NCBI GenBank assembly: GCA_002269645.1
Contig: NIVC01000493.1
Coordinates: 1-64,000 of the forward strand
Direction: 5' to 3'
DNA: 64,000 nt
Source of the DNA: Macrostomum lignano
Lineage: Eukaryota
Below the pieces are notes generated by a model. That model was not told where the DNA came from and did not search any database. It saw nothing but the letters and a program-made list of their open reading frames with translations. Position 1 is the stretch's first letter; every line of letters begins with the position of its first letter. A program made the translations under genes and the position numbers. Below, piece after piece: positions 22,193-35,825 of this stretch.

Positions 22193-22999
22193 ATAGTCAC
22201 GGGGGTTTGCAGAGGTTCTCCTTCTCAAGAAGTGTCAAAGACAAAGTCGAGCATGCAGTTAAGCTAGAAGCAACTGCCAGCCACTTGCAAGCAGAAATTA
22301 ATTAATTTTCATTACTGAGTCGCACAGTCATTCTCTGCCGAAGCCGGAAATTTTTCTAAGAAACAAGCTTTGATCCGTTGCAGGCATTGCTCAAACGGGG
22401 GGGGTGGGCGCGAGTTGGTGGAGGTTGAAGAAGATCAGAAGCGGATTAAAAACTCGCGTGAGGCTTCGCGTCCTCGCGGCCTGTGGCATCTCGAAGAAGG
22501 CAGGCAGAGAGTTGAGCGCGAAATTTTGTCACCACGCGATGCTGCCGCAGGGGGGGGGCAGGCGCTTATCGCAAAGTCTGCCAGCCCGTTATTTAGGCTC
22601 CGTATTTAACAGCCGAGCGGGCAAAGGGGCAAGCCATGCGTGCAGATTAATGTGCGCCCTTCCTATCCATTCCTCCATACACTTTTCCTCGCTTAGGAAG
22701 TCTACCGGCAGCCGCCCTCCCCAGAGACGGTGGAAGCCATTTAGCTAGTGAGCAGCTGCAGCGATTTCTTTCATGAGTAGCTTCATTGTCAGGGAATTGA
22801 GAAGCCCCTAACGAAGTTGCTTGTCTCGAACGGTTGAGCAACTATCCTCCTTGTAGGTTAACTAACATTTTGTGCCTCGTAAACACTTACATTTTCTACT
22901 TAGCCTTAACCGAAGAGAAAATTAAACAGTTGCCAATCTGCTTTACAACCGAATTCGGGTCACTCACTGTTCTGCCTCTGTTCGGACTGGCAATCCTAA

Positions 23000-23380
23000 G
23001 TAATAAAGTCACTTTCCAGTCTGTCACACTGTTGTCTGTCACTCTTTGGTCTGTCCTTTTCTAGTAAGCCACTCTCCTCATCTGTCACTATCGTCTGTCA
23101 TTCTCTAGTCTGTCACTCTCTAGTCTGTCACTTTGGTCTATCACTCTCTATCCTGTCACTTTCTCGTCCGTCACTCTCTAGCCTGTCACTCTCGAGTCTG
23201 TCACTCTCTACTCTGTCACTCTCTATCCTGTCACTCTCTAGTCTGTCACTCTCTACTTGTCACTCTCTACTCTGTCACTCTCTATCCTGTCCCTCTCTAT
23301 CCTGTCACTCTCTAGTCTGTCACTCTCTACTCTGTCACTCTCTACTCACTCTCTAGTCTATCACTTTCTAGCCTGTCACA
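23000..23380. repeat. 15-bp tandem repeat TGTCACTCTCTAGTC
   Basis: Visible. Confidence 0.9.
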
Positions 23381-23734
23381 CCTAATAGGAAACGCGCAAG
23401 ACAAGATTCCAATATCTCAAGGTGCCAGGTGCTCCAGTCTGATCCAGAGCACCCAGAGCTTTCAGAAAATCAATATTTTTTTCATTTCAATGCAAAACAC
23501 AAAGCGTTTATTTACAGGAAAGACAAGTCAAGTTATTGACGGAACAGTCAGAACCGAAAATATACGAACGGAAACACTGACATAAAAAAGCAATTAGACA
23601 AGCAATTAGTGCGAAAAATCGATTGAGTTTTTAGAAGTGGTGAGCAGCCTTAACTCTGTAAGTCTCGGTAGGAGGCCTAAGCTCGATAAGCATAGATAAC
23701 AATAAGCTCTGCTCTAGCGGCGATCATTTCAGGG

Positions 23735-24380
23735 GTGCCATTTCATTTGAGGAGAGGCGCCATTTCAAATGAGGAGAGGCGCCATTTCATTTGAGGAGAG
23801 GCGCCATTTCATTCGGGGAGAGGCGCCATTTCATTTGAGGAGAGGCGCCATTTCATTTGAGGAGAGGCGCCATTTCATTCGGGGAGAGGCGCCATTTCAT
23901 TTGAGGAGAGGCGCCATTTCAATTGAGGAGAGGCGCCATTTCATTTGGGGAGAGGCGCCATTTCATTTTGAGGAGAGGCGCCATTTCATTTTGAGGAGAG
24001 GCACCATTTTGTTAAGGAGAGGCGCCATTTCATTTGGGGAGAGGCGCCATTTTATTCGGGGAGAGGCACCATTTCATTTGGGGAGAGGCGCCATTTCATT
24101 TGAGGAGAGGCGCCATTTTATTTGAGGAGAGGCGCCATTTCATTTGGGGAGAGGCGCCATTTCATTCGAGGAGAGGCGCCATTTTATTTGAGGAGAGGCG
24201 CCATTTCATTTGGGGAGAGGCGCCATTTCATTCGAGGAGAGGCGCCATCTCAATTAAGGAGAGGGGCCATTTCATTTGGGGAGAGGCGCCATTTCATTTT
24301 AAGGAGAGGCGCTATTTCATTTTGAGAAGAGGCACCATTTCATTTGAGGAAAGGCGCCATTTCTTTTGAGAAGTGGCGCC
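23735..24380. repeat. 22-23-bp tandem repeat GAGGAGAGGCGCCATTTCATTT
   Basis: Visible. Confidence 0.93.
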
Positions 24381-24927
24381 CTATTAAGTGAAGAGGCGCG
24401 CCGTGAAAGACGCGCGTCCTCCAATAAAAAATCGCCCCCCACCTGATCATTCTAACTCATAATTTACTGCATACACAATGGACAAGTTAGTGCAAACGCT
24501 TAGGTGGCGCAAAGTATTAAAACACGAAATTACAAAACTGCTCACAATCACAACCTTAATGTCTAGAATTATTTTTTTAACAGAACAAAATCGCTGCAAC
24601 AAAAGTTAGTACAGCCAAAAAACTCTATTTGCTCCAATTGTTCTAAAAAAGACAAGTTCAGGGACGAAAGCAGAGCACACTGGTTGCAAACGATGAACAA
24701 TGGCTCGACTGTTTTAGTCAGAAAAAAGTTTTTGTCCAGACAGACTCAAATACTCTGAACCAAATGCTCGGCCTCAAACGCGAGACCAGCGAGAGACTGG
24801 GGGTGAGCGCGAAGTTGAGACAGGAAACAGCTGACAGCCAGTCAGTCTCCAGTGTGTTCGGGATGATGGCGCTTGGGGATATGGGCAGGACTGCTCCACG
24901 AGCAAGCTATTCAGACACTGCACTTCT

Positions 24928-25220
24928 GAAGATGTACATTGTCGGTGTACACTTAAAGATGTACATTGTTGGATGTACACTTGAAGAGTTACATTGTTGG
25001 GTGTACACTTGAAGAGGTACATTGCCGGTGTACACTTGAAGATGTACACTTGAAGATGTACACTTGAAGATGTACACTTGAAGATGTACACTTGAAGATG
25101 TACACTTGAAGATGTACAATCAAAGATGTACATAGCCGGTGTACACTTGAAGACGTAAGAGTACATTGCCTTCGAACTAATTAGATAAACATTATCGATG
25201 TACACTTGAAGACGTACATT
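24928..25220. repeat. 14-bp tandem repeat GATGTACACTTGAA
   Basis: Visible. Confidence 0.88.
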
Positions 25221-26277
25221 CCTGAAGCTGTGCATAGCCAGTAAAAAAATCGATGGGTGCGCAGAAATCAGACACTGACTGACTAATCGGCCACAACACT
25301 TGCCAGGTACGCCAGGTACAGTTAAGATAAAGCAAAGCGACATCTCCATGGACACCTACTGGACAGAATTCGACGCTAGAAGCAGAACCACGGTGGCAGC
25401 GACGGCGGCGGCTGCTGCGACCAGTCGGAGGCTCGGGACGGCTCCGAGCGGCGAGCCTGTGATGAGGCGCAGCTTCTTTGAGTCCTGCTTGGCCAAGTCT
25501 GTGGATGGAGCGGGGAGTTTGGAGTAGATGGATGGAATGGGATAGAGAATGACCAAGATAGAATTGGAGGAGAATGACCAAGATAGAATCGGAGGAGAAT
25601 GACCAAGATAGAATCGGGGAGAGCTCTCCAAGACTGCAGTGGAAGAGGTGTGACCTGAGACGCCCCGGACCCAATCCAATTACAAAATACGCATTTCTCA
25701 GGTGCAACCCAGCTCGGTAAGGATCCCATTAGATCAGTGATTACGCAATACGCCCCACAGCATACAAACAGGCCTGACTATGCATTCTGATATGAACGGA
25801 AATGAATTGGCCCGGCATAAATCAATTATAGCAGAAGAATTTATTAGAAAGCTACATATTTAATGCTGTCATACGGCCGCAGCGGCTTCATAATATTAAT
25901 AATTAATCATTCTAACTTCCCCGAGACAATCATCAACAATAGTTTATAAATTGAAGGGAAAATGCCGGGATGAGGGCGGGTCACCAGTGCCCTTCAAGTG
26001 CCCCGAAACTTTTCCTATTGTCAATTTCTGCAGTAGAAATGCCGGGAGGCTGCAGCCCCACACCCACATGGCCCACATTTCCCTGCCGCTGAAATTTTTG
26101 TGATAGACGCGGTTTGGAAGGGGCTATTGAATTCCCATGGTCAGCCGCTAGAGTTAGACCATCCTCCTGCCCCCAATGAAATTTTCAAACAGGCAGTCAG
26201 CTGTCCAATCTTCCTAATCAGCCGGGATGAAGGCGCTTGTTATTAAGGGCGCTTGACAGGATTGAAATTCTCGATTT

Positions 26278-26610
26278 TTCGAAAGTTTCGATTCTGTGAA
26301 GTTTCAATTCTGTGAAGTTTCGTATTTGTGAAGTTTCGATTCTGTGAAGTTTCGAATTTGTGAAGTTTCAATTCTGTGAAGTTTCAATTCTGTGAAGTTT
26401 CGTATTTGTGAAGTTTCGATTCTGTGAAGTTTCGAATTTGTGAAGTTTCAATTCTGTGAAGTTTCAATTCTGTGAAGTTTCGTATTTGTGAAGTTTCGAT
26501 TCTGTGAAGTTTCGAATTTGTGAAGTTTCAATTCTGTGAAGTTTCGTATTTGTGAAGTTTCGAATTTGTGAAGTTTCGAATTTGTGAATTTTCATATTTG
26601 TGAAGTTCGA
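26278..26610. repeat. 16-bp tandem repeat TGTGAAGTTTCGATTC
   Basis: Visible. Confidence 0.92.
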
Positions 26611-28023
26611 GCTTTAAAAAGCGATCCGCTGCATTGCCGTTGAAAAAATCATTTTGACACCTCCTTGATTCCACCCGACTTTCACCGCCTGCCCTCAGTT
26701 ACAAACATCTCCCTTTTTATGAGCGCCGCCTTCTCCTGTTGCCCATCTTCATCATCTCCCTTTGTCCAGCCTCAACCACAGAGAGAGGATATCAGCTGAG
26801 GTAGGGAGGGAGGTTTTGAAGCGGCCCGTGAAGAAGAGCTTTCGCGAAAACACGCAACTCAAATTTCGCGCTGAGCCCGGGTGCACCGCGCCTTCTAATT
26901 ATGGTTGTGCCGTGGCCTGCTGCTTCGCTCCCTCCTGGCCAGGGGGACCACTGTAACAGCACGGAACTGAACCAGGGGGTCGTAGTGGCACTGAGTTGAG
27001 TTAGGGGGGTGTCAGTTCCATACTCCTTGGTTCCTAGCGACTACTAATGAGGAGTCCTTGGCTTGAATCGCCAGGCCAGAGCGTTGTTAGGGGCGGGTGG
27101 ATGCGGGCCACTTCAAGCCGCCGTCGCCGCCGCCCCATCCAATTTCCGCCTTGTTTCAAATTTTTCTCTTTATCAATGCCCAGACAAAGGGCTCTCTTTG
27201 TTATTCGCTTTTTCTGCCCATCTTCTTGTCGGCAAACAGGGGAGAGAGGCATTTAAAAAATAATCTAAAAAGTAACTGGCAATTATTGAGGCTCTTGCCT
27301 ATTTATAATTACAAGCTAGTCTGATTTTGCCGATATTTCTAACCGAGAGCGAGAGGCGACTCGTAGAGACAGAGGAAAATCCCAGCATGGCAACTAAAAT
27401 GAGTAGCCCTGTTAATTAGACTCAAATATTGTAAAACAATAGCTGATATCAATTTGTTATCGATGATTGCAGCCACTTTAGTATGCATGTAAGTTTGACA
27501 GCTTTGGGATGATGATGATGAGGAGTACAGGATTCTGGGGACGAATTCCGCAACTCAATGCAGATTGGTCACGCAACTGACTGCCGGATATCAAAGGGAT
27601 CTCCCACCTCGCAGCTTCCTTCCTTCATCGCGTGATCAGAAGCATTGGTTTGTTAATTAAGGCGCCAAGCCCCAGCGCCATCAGTTCTCTCCACAGCACA
27701 TTAATTCCAGCGCTCAGTCAGCTCCTGATTGATAGCGGGGGGGGGCAGCGAGAGATTGGAGAACAAAACACAACAAAAACAGCCGGCGAAAACCCGACGC
27801 TTGCACGCGAGACGAGATGGAGAATCGATTTTCTAAGAAATGGCGGAGAAGCTGGATGGGAAGATCTGATTAACCGGGAGTTCTATCTCATTGAATCGCT
27901 TGCAAGATCTGGTTCCATTCGATTCAAGCTGCCTCTCTAAATGTTAAAGTGAATGGCAGATATGCCTTTAGACTTGCTTTGAAGGTAGAACTTAAGTTGT
28001 TTGCAAAAATATTTCCAGAGGAA

Positions 28024-29380
28024 CATGGAGTATCGGGATCATGGAGTATCGGGATCATAGAGTATCGGGATCATGGAGTATCGGGATCATAGAGTATCGG
28101 GATCATAGAGTATCGGGATCATGGAGTATCGGGATCATGGAGTATCGGGATCATAGAGTATCGGGATCATAGAGTATCGGGATCATGGAGTATCGGGATC
28201 ATAGAGTATCGGGATCATGGAGTATCGGGATCATGGAGTATCGGGATCATAGAGTATCGGGATCATAGAGTATCGGGATCATAGAGTATCGGGATCATAG
28301 AGTATCGGGATCATAGAGTATCGGGATCATAGAGTATCGGGATCGTAGAGTATCGGGATCGTAGAGTATCGGGATCATAGAGTATCGGGATCATAGAGTA
28401 TCGGGATCGTAGAGTATCGGGATCTTGGAGTATCGGGATCATAGAGTATCGGGATCATGGAGTATCGGGATCATAGAGTATCGGGATCATAGAGTATCGG
28501 GATCATAGAGTATCGGGATCATGGAGTATCGGGATCATAGAGTATGGGGATCATGGAGTATCGGGATCATGGAGTATCGGGATCATAGGGTATCGGGATC
28601 ATGGAGTATCGGGATCATAGAGTATCGGGATCATAGAGTATCGGGATCATCGAGTATCGGGATCATCGAGTATCGGGATCATGGAGTATCGGGATCATGG
28701 AGTATCGGGATCATAGAGTATCGGGATCATAGAGTATCGGGATCATAGAGTATCGGGATCATAGAGTATCGGGATCATAGAGTATCGGGATCATGGAGTA
28801 TGGGGTCGGGATCATGGAGTATGGGGATCATGGAGTATCGGGATCATAGAGTATCGGGATCATAGAGTATCGGGATCATAGAGTATCGGGATCATAGAGT
28901 ATCGGGATCATGGAGTATGGGGTCGGGATCATGGAGTATGGGGATCATGGAGTATCGGGATCATAGAGTATCGGGATCATGGAGTATCGGGATCATGGAG
29001 TATCGGGATCATAGAGTATCGGGATCATAGAGTATCGGGATCATAGAGTATCGGGATCATGGAGTATCGGGATCATGGAGTATCGGGATCTTGGAGTATC
29101 GGGATCATGGAGTATCGGGATCATGGAGTATCGGGATCATGGAGTATCGGGATCATAGAGTATCGGGATCATAGAGTATCGGGATCATAGAGTATCGGGA
29201 TCATAGAGTATTGGGATCATAGAGTATCGGGATCATAGAGTATCGGGATCATAGAGTATCGGGATCATAGAGTATCGGGATCATAGAGTATCGGGATCAT
29301 AGAGTATCGGGATCATAGAGTATCGGGATCATAGAGTATCGGGATCATAGAGTATCGGGATCATAGAGTATCGGGATCAT
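28024..29380. repeat. 16-bp tandem repeat GAGTATCGGGATCAT(A/G)
   Basis: About 85 copies. Confidence 0.97.
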
Positions 29381-32289
29381 ATAGCATCGCAATCAAAAAG
29401 TTTAGCCTCATGATCAGAAGGCTTGTACGATGAGAGAGGGTCGTACCACTACCCGTGTCAGTTCTTTAATCTTTTTCAGTTGTGGTTTGATGTGTTTTTT
29501 CTCTGTTGTAAAAAAGACGAAACAAATTTTCAAACACGCAGGCCCAACTTCCGGGCTGCTTCAGCAGAAAATTACAAGGAGCCGGACTGAAAAAACTTGG
29601 AAAATGATGAAAGAAGGAAGCGAAAAAAGGGTGGCCCAACTGTGTGAATCATGCGCTGGGAGTTGCGCTAAGGGAAGTGGGAACTCCCGTAGTGACGGGG
29701 GGACCTGAGATTTTGCTAGAGCGAAGGAGGCGCGCCGTAATTGAGGCCTTTTTCTTGCAAGGAAGCGCTTCATCTTCTGCTTTTTCTTCAATACTCTTTT
29801 ACCCGTTAACTTCTCATCTTAGTTTGCCCTATCGCCGCATGGCTTTTTTCAAATTGATTAATTATGCTTCCTAGATTACTTGGGAATTTATTAAACTTTC
29901 GCATTGAAGTTTCTGTTAGATCGAACTGATCGGGGTCATTAAGCAGAACTGCCTCAGACGGTCATGCATTAGAGACGCCACGCCACGCCCCTTCGGGGGG
30001 GGGGCAGATGGCTAGTCCGCCAATACTAATCTTAACTAGAAATTTTACAACGTAGAGGCATTTGAAATTTCACCAACTAAAAAGTATCGAATAAAACGTT
30101 TTAAAAAAGTTTTTGACAAGGATTTTTCTGTTGATCCGTTTCTATCCGAAAAAAACTGGCTACAGTGCGGCGTAAAGTGTCAGACACATGGAGACAGAGG
30201 AAGCCGTATGCAGCTCACATAAAATCCAGCTATACACCTCACACTGCACTGCCTTCTCCATTGCATATCTAATTCATTAGACGGCGGGTGGTAACTGAGC
30301 CCGAGAATTTCTTAATCGATTCCCCTAGGCAGACAGGGGAGACAAGATCATAGAAAAGTCGGTAAGCTGCCGATGTCTCACTAACAATGAGATTATTTAC
30401 AATGCTGAGATTGAATCCTAGACGCTAGATCCCAGAGGTAGGTTTAAAAAAATACCAGATGTACATGCAGCTAATTGAAAAGAAGTGTCAAGTCAAGTAA
30501 GTATAGGCACGTGCACTGATCCTACTGAGAGTTGATCCGCTGACTCACCGCACGCGCACAGGAAAGTGAGTGGCCGGTTTATAATAATAGAGAAATGAGA
30601 ACATTAATGTAAAGTGATCGAGTGGGTGCTCAATAATAATGAGGCTCATTGTCAGCCCCGGAGACACGACAGGCAAGTGTTTTCCTGGGCAACCCGCCAC
30701 CTCCCAGACTAAGAAGGATGAGCTCACGGCTCTGACAGCCCCGCGATTGACAATTGAAAATTGCAGCATGCAGTGCACCTGACAGGCGCGCACCCCTTGC
30801 GTCTGTCTGCAGCAGCGCAAGTCTGACATGTTTTTTCTGCTCTCCGGCTAGCCCTCCTCTCTGCTGCCAGTTGGCACAGAGCGCAGCCGTGGCGGCAGCA
30901 GCGGCGGCGGCGGCGGCTGCGGCAGCCTCAATGCGACTGGCTGGCGCCACAGCTTCGGCTCAGGCGGACAGGGGGTTGGGGTTGGGAGGCGAGAGGAGGC
31001 GGTGGGGCGGCGGCTCACGACAACTCATAGCAGTGTATGAGCGGCCACACCAGCAAGCGGGGGGAGAAACCAAGAGACACTAGAGGGAGAGGGTGGTTGG
31101 CAGAATAGGTGACACAGCGGAAGGTGCCGATCGTGGCGGCGGCGGCGGTGAAGGCCGCGTGTAATGAAGGCGGGGCAGAGTTTAGCGCCGCGAGACAGAC
31201 GGACCTACCGGTAGACGCGCGCTCACAATTGGATATAAAGGAGCCGTTTCTCCTCGCGTCGAAGTCTCTTAGAGTCTCTGACACGCAAGGCGTCTCATAT
31301 ATGCTTACTCTAAAACGCTTACACTTTTTGTAGGACAGGGGGGGGGGCAGGTACCATGCCGCAACAATGAGTTCCGCTGCTGTCTCCGACTGAGGAGCTG
31401 CGTGCAGAGGAGGTGATGGCGCTGCAGTTGTCTCCTGTTCTTCTGTCTCTGACACACTCCGGTAGCAGTCAAATTGTATCTGACTGCCCCTCCCTCCACC
31501 TGAGTGCGTGACAAGAGTCCCAGGAAATTTGTTTCTGCCAATACTAGAATAGCCGCAGATCTTGGCGTTAGCGTAGATAGGTAAAGTGAGCGAACCGAGG
31601 TAGCAGACTGACTGATTGACATGTGGCTGGCTGACAAATGCTTTGCAGATAAATGCACTCTCCAAGGAGAGAAAGTATAGACAGAAATTAGCTTAGTTAT
31701 TGGATTGGATTGACTCAGTTTCTTCGAAACGAATTGCACCGATCGATTCATAGCGAGACATGCAGTTCTAATCTCCACTGCTTGATAAATTAGGAAAGTA
31801 GAACGATCCTCTCTAATAGAAAACGTGCCAGCATGCAAGTCTGTGCTTGGAATTGTAAATTTTTCGAATTCAATAAGTTTTTGCGCCAACTGCCCGATGC
31901 CAAGACAGAAACCGGCACTGCTGTTTGTCCAAGCCTCGAGATTTTACTCTGCGAGACATTTGTGTTTAAAATGAAAACTGTTCGTGTTCGCTGAAGATTA
32001 GCTGGCTTCGGGGCTAATTTTCTTTGTTTGCAGTTCCTTCTCGCCCGCGGCTCTGTCACTCCGCGGCCCCAAAGCACTGGCTATTCGCTACAATCTTAAG
32101 ACCCTTGGTCTGTTTGCATTGCGACATTTCGAGTTCGGACCGCACGGCTCGCACACTAAAGTTGGCCTGGTCACTAAAGACTGCTCGAAACTTGCTGTCA
32201 TGGTTAAATAAAGTCGTGGGGCTGAGCAGCTGAGCAGCTGAGCGGTAACGCGTCCGACTCGTGACAGAAATCTCTGGGTCTGATTTTGC

Positions 32290-32365
32290 TAACTTACTGA
32301 CTAACTAACTGACTAAGTAACTATCTAGCTAACTGACTAAGTAACTATCTAGCTAACTGACTAAG

Positions 32366-32408
<43 letters not shown>

Positions 32409-32491
32409 CTAGCTAACTGATTAAGTAACTATCTAGCTAACTGACTAAGTAACTATCTAGCTAACTGACTAAGTAACTATCTAGCTAACTG

Positions 32492-32522
<31 letters not shown>

Positions 32523-32612
32523 GACTAACTAACCAACTAACTAGCTGACTGACTAACTAACTAACTAACTAACTAATTAACTTACTAATTAACTAACTAA
32601 CTAACTAACTAA
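32290..32612. repeat. (CTAA)n microsatellite with 20-bp higher-order variants
   Basis: Visible. Confidence 0.93.
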
Positions 32613-34344
32613 ACTGATAAAGCAGTCACTCCAGTGCAACAAAACTTGACAGCTGACTGACACACGGACTGTCCACTGCGAATGCCATTACAGGTGGAAA
32701 TTCGGCAGCAACTAATCTGCAGGTGAATCTGCTTTGACGCACGGGGATTAAGCTTCTCCGCCTACAGCAGTGGATACGGGGGAGAAGATTAAGTCGGCAA
32801 AGTGGATAGCTGCGGGGAAGCCGCTCAGTCGGTTGATGAGGCGAGTGACGCAACAGCATGGAGTGAGTCACTGAGGAATCAGCAGAGGCAGGAAAATGAG
32901 CTGCCTCAAAATTGATATATTTTAAGACTTCTAAATCAGTCGCTTTTAAATTTTTTCTACAAGGCCCTCATCTCGCAGGCTCTGTGCTTTCCGCAGTTCC
33001 TGCCCCTATCGTTCGGGCAGCTGAAATTTGAAACACAGCATCCGACATCATCCCTGCGATTCCTCCGCAAAGGTAAAGACATTTTTCAAGATGCTGGCGA
33101 CTTTGTAATTCCATTCTACACAAAGAGAGACGATGTAAATCTATAAAAAAATTCCTTCAGTTAAAAGCATTCTCAGTTAACCAATGCTCGGACGCTAATC
33201 AAAGACGTCTATATAGATAGTATCTGGACCGAATTAGAGGTCCTCGGACCGGACTGTTCGAAGTCCACTCAGTGGAATAGAAATGCTCACGTGAAACAAA
33301 AAAACGCAGAATGAATTCAGTCTAGTCTACCCATTCGCAGACCTATTGTTAGTATCCGCACGACCCACATCGCATTGAGAGCTAGAATAATCACGGATCT
33401 CTGCTATCAATCAGCAGATTTTGGTGAACAGGGCAGAAAATGAAATACACTTTAGATCGCAGGGCACTCGCCAGCCTGTTCTATCAGGCTAGGAGCGCAA
33501 GAGGCCTTGTGCTGCAACAGAAACCAAGATTGACTTACTGACTTCCCAATGGCTTCTGAATTTTCTCACTTCCTGTTGCCCTGTTGCTGTTGTACCTTCG
33601 GGCAATTCGTCACCGGGGTTGGGGGTTGCGTCAGACCCTCAGTCTTGGCGCGAAGCCCCTCGTAAATCGAGGCAATTTTATCGTTTGCTTTTCGGCCCCG
33701 TGCAGAAAGCGAGGAATTGTACAGGAATCTCCCCATTTGCTTCGGTTGTCAAGGAAGTCGTGTAGTTGCTAATTGAATGTCTCCCAAAAGATAAGGTTCC
33801 GCGGGATCAATTTCAGGCTCTCTGGCGAATCCTGGGAATTCTGTTGGGCCTCTCCCAAGTTTCTAGAGTAAGCGCGTGGCAAATATCCCACGGTAAGGAC
33901 ACGTCATGGCCTGCTAAAACAAAGGCCCTTAGGGTCAGTGGATAAAAGCCCATTATAAAAGTGTACAACAGCAGCGCCAGCAGCAGAGGTTAATTGTTCT
34001 CTCCAATTTCTGGTTCCCGCCAAGAGGAGCCTCACAAAGAGTAGAACAAAAATTGTGGCGAAGTCTCAGTCAGAGACACAAGAAAGGAAGCAGCCAAGAA
34101 CTGGGTCTGCAGACACGGCACCATATCAGATTGTAATTGCTGCTATGATACCGGCAGACTCCATCATCTTCTGTGGCGAGAATTTGTGACTTTTCTCTCT
34201 CTGGCGCATCATATTGAAAAAAACCCGGTAAAACTGTTGTGCCAGGTCCGGACCTGGGCGGCAATTGGGCCGCGAAAATCTCAACACTAGAGTGGGACTG
34301 CTTTGGAAAGAATTTTTCACTCTTCACATAGCAACGCCTTCAGC

Positions 34345-34530
34345 GATACCGTCCCGTACGCAGGCGCGCACTCACACACACGCTCACACAGGGTGTACAG
34401 CAGCCCTGGCTTTGGAGGGAATTGGAGGGAATGAGAACCATGAGGTTGGTCCTCATGGCTGCGAATGGTACGATCAACCCCCCCCCCCATGAATGTGGCG
34501 AATCGAACCAGGGACCTTGTTGTGTAAACT
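34345..34530 (-). mobile_element. tRNA-derived SINE, family 2, copy 5
   Basis: CGTACGCAGGCGCGCACTCACACACACGCTCACACAGGGTGTACAGCAGCCCTGG closely matches the reverse complement of 6250-6305; GAATCGAACC antisense B-box at ~34500. Confidence 0.7.
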
Positions 34531-35292
34531 GAACAAAATGCTATAGCCTGCAGTGTCTGAAAATAAGGGCCATAGACAGCCTTCCGGATTCTGGCCCAAG
34601 GCCGTCCGCGCCCCCGAGCATTGAAAACTGACTGCTTTTTACTCTAGATGAAGAGCTGCGCAATATGCTTGATAATACTGTTTTATAATTGTCGATAGGA
34701 TTGGTGAATGAAAATGTTGATTTCCCTTTTATATGCAGCCTGTGTTTATGTTATGCTTCGCTTAATTCCTAATAAAGTCGAATGCCGATCCCGCTGACTT
34801 GTTAAACGCAGCAGTTTAGACCCGGCAACAGCTTTTAGTCCCGCGAATTGTTTTGGCAATGAAAACAATGGGCCGGGCCTGTGTCATCGCATCTGCGGTG
34901 CCTACGAGCCTGAATATCCCCCAGCCCGTGCAAATCCCAGGGGCGCAATTGACGAAAGCCATGCGAGAGTCTGGCCTGGAGGCTTCTGTTCCCAGCGGGC
35001 CCCGCGCCTGGCAACCCACCGGATAGATGAAGGATCTTTCAGCCTCTCGTAAGGGAATAAGAATATAAAAACTCCGTCAAAATATTTGTTTTAAACATCA
35101 GACGGAAGCCAGAAACGATGCATCATTATAATATTATTCTAAAAAATAGAAATTCTTACCTTGGTAACCGACTTGTCCCGGAGGCGTCTGCCGAGCGCTG
35201 GGCAGAGGCTGGTGGGCCGAAAGCAAAGGGGAATCGTCTACTGACTGCGGCGGCGGCTGTGGCGGCGGCTGGGAGTCTGCGGGTGCGTTCAG

Positions 35293-35825
35293 ATGAGGAT
35301 GAGGCTGGGGATGAGAATGAAGATGAGGCTGGGATCAGAATGAAGATGAGGCTGTGGATCAGAATGAAGATGAGGCTGTGGATCAGAATGAAGATGAGGC
35401 TGTGGATCAGAATGAAGATGAGGCTGTGGATCAGAATGAAGATGAGGCTGTGGATCAGAATGAAGATGAGGCTGTGGATCAGAATGAAGATGAGGCTGTG
35501 GATCAGAATGAAGATGAGGCTGTGAATCAGAATGAAGATGAGGCTGTGAATCAGAATGAAGATGAGGCTGTGAATCAGAATGAAGATGAGGATGGTGATG
35601 AGGATGAAGATGAGGCTGTTGATGAGGATGAAGATGAGGCTGTGGATCAGAATGAAGATGAGGCTGTGAATCAGAATGAAGATGAGGCTGGTGATGAGGA
35701 TGAAGATGAGGCTGGTGATGAGGATGAAGATGAGGCTGTTGATGAGGATGAAGATGAGGCTGTGGGTGAGGATGAAGATGAGGCTGTGGGTGAGGATGAA
35801 GATGAGGCTGTGGATGAGGATGCTG
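35293..35825. repeat. 24-bp tandem repeat GAGGCTGTGGATCAGAATGAAGAT
   Basis: Visible. Confidence 0.95.

Noticed and set aside
18360-29380. GATC-rich arrays as Dam-methylation or bacterial origin signals
   Set aside because: The locus is eukaryotic; GATC is simply part of the repeat units.
30630-31665. Ephrin-B-like cytoplasmic tail ending ...EPHYY*
   Set aside because: There is no preceding TM exon, no YKV-type terminus and no traceable splice path; it is a GC-rich low-complexity region.
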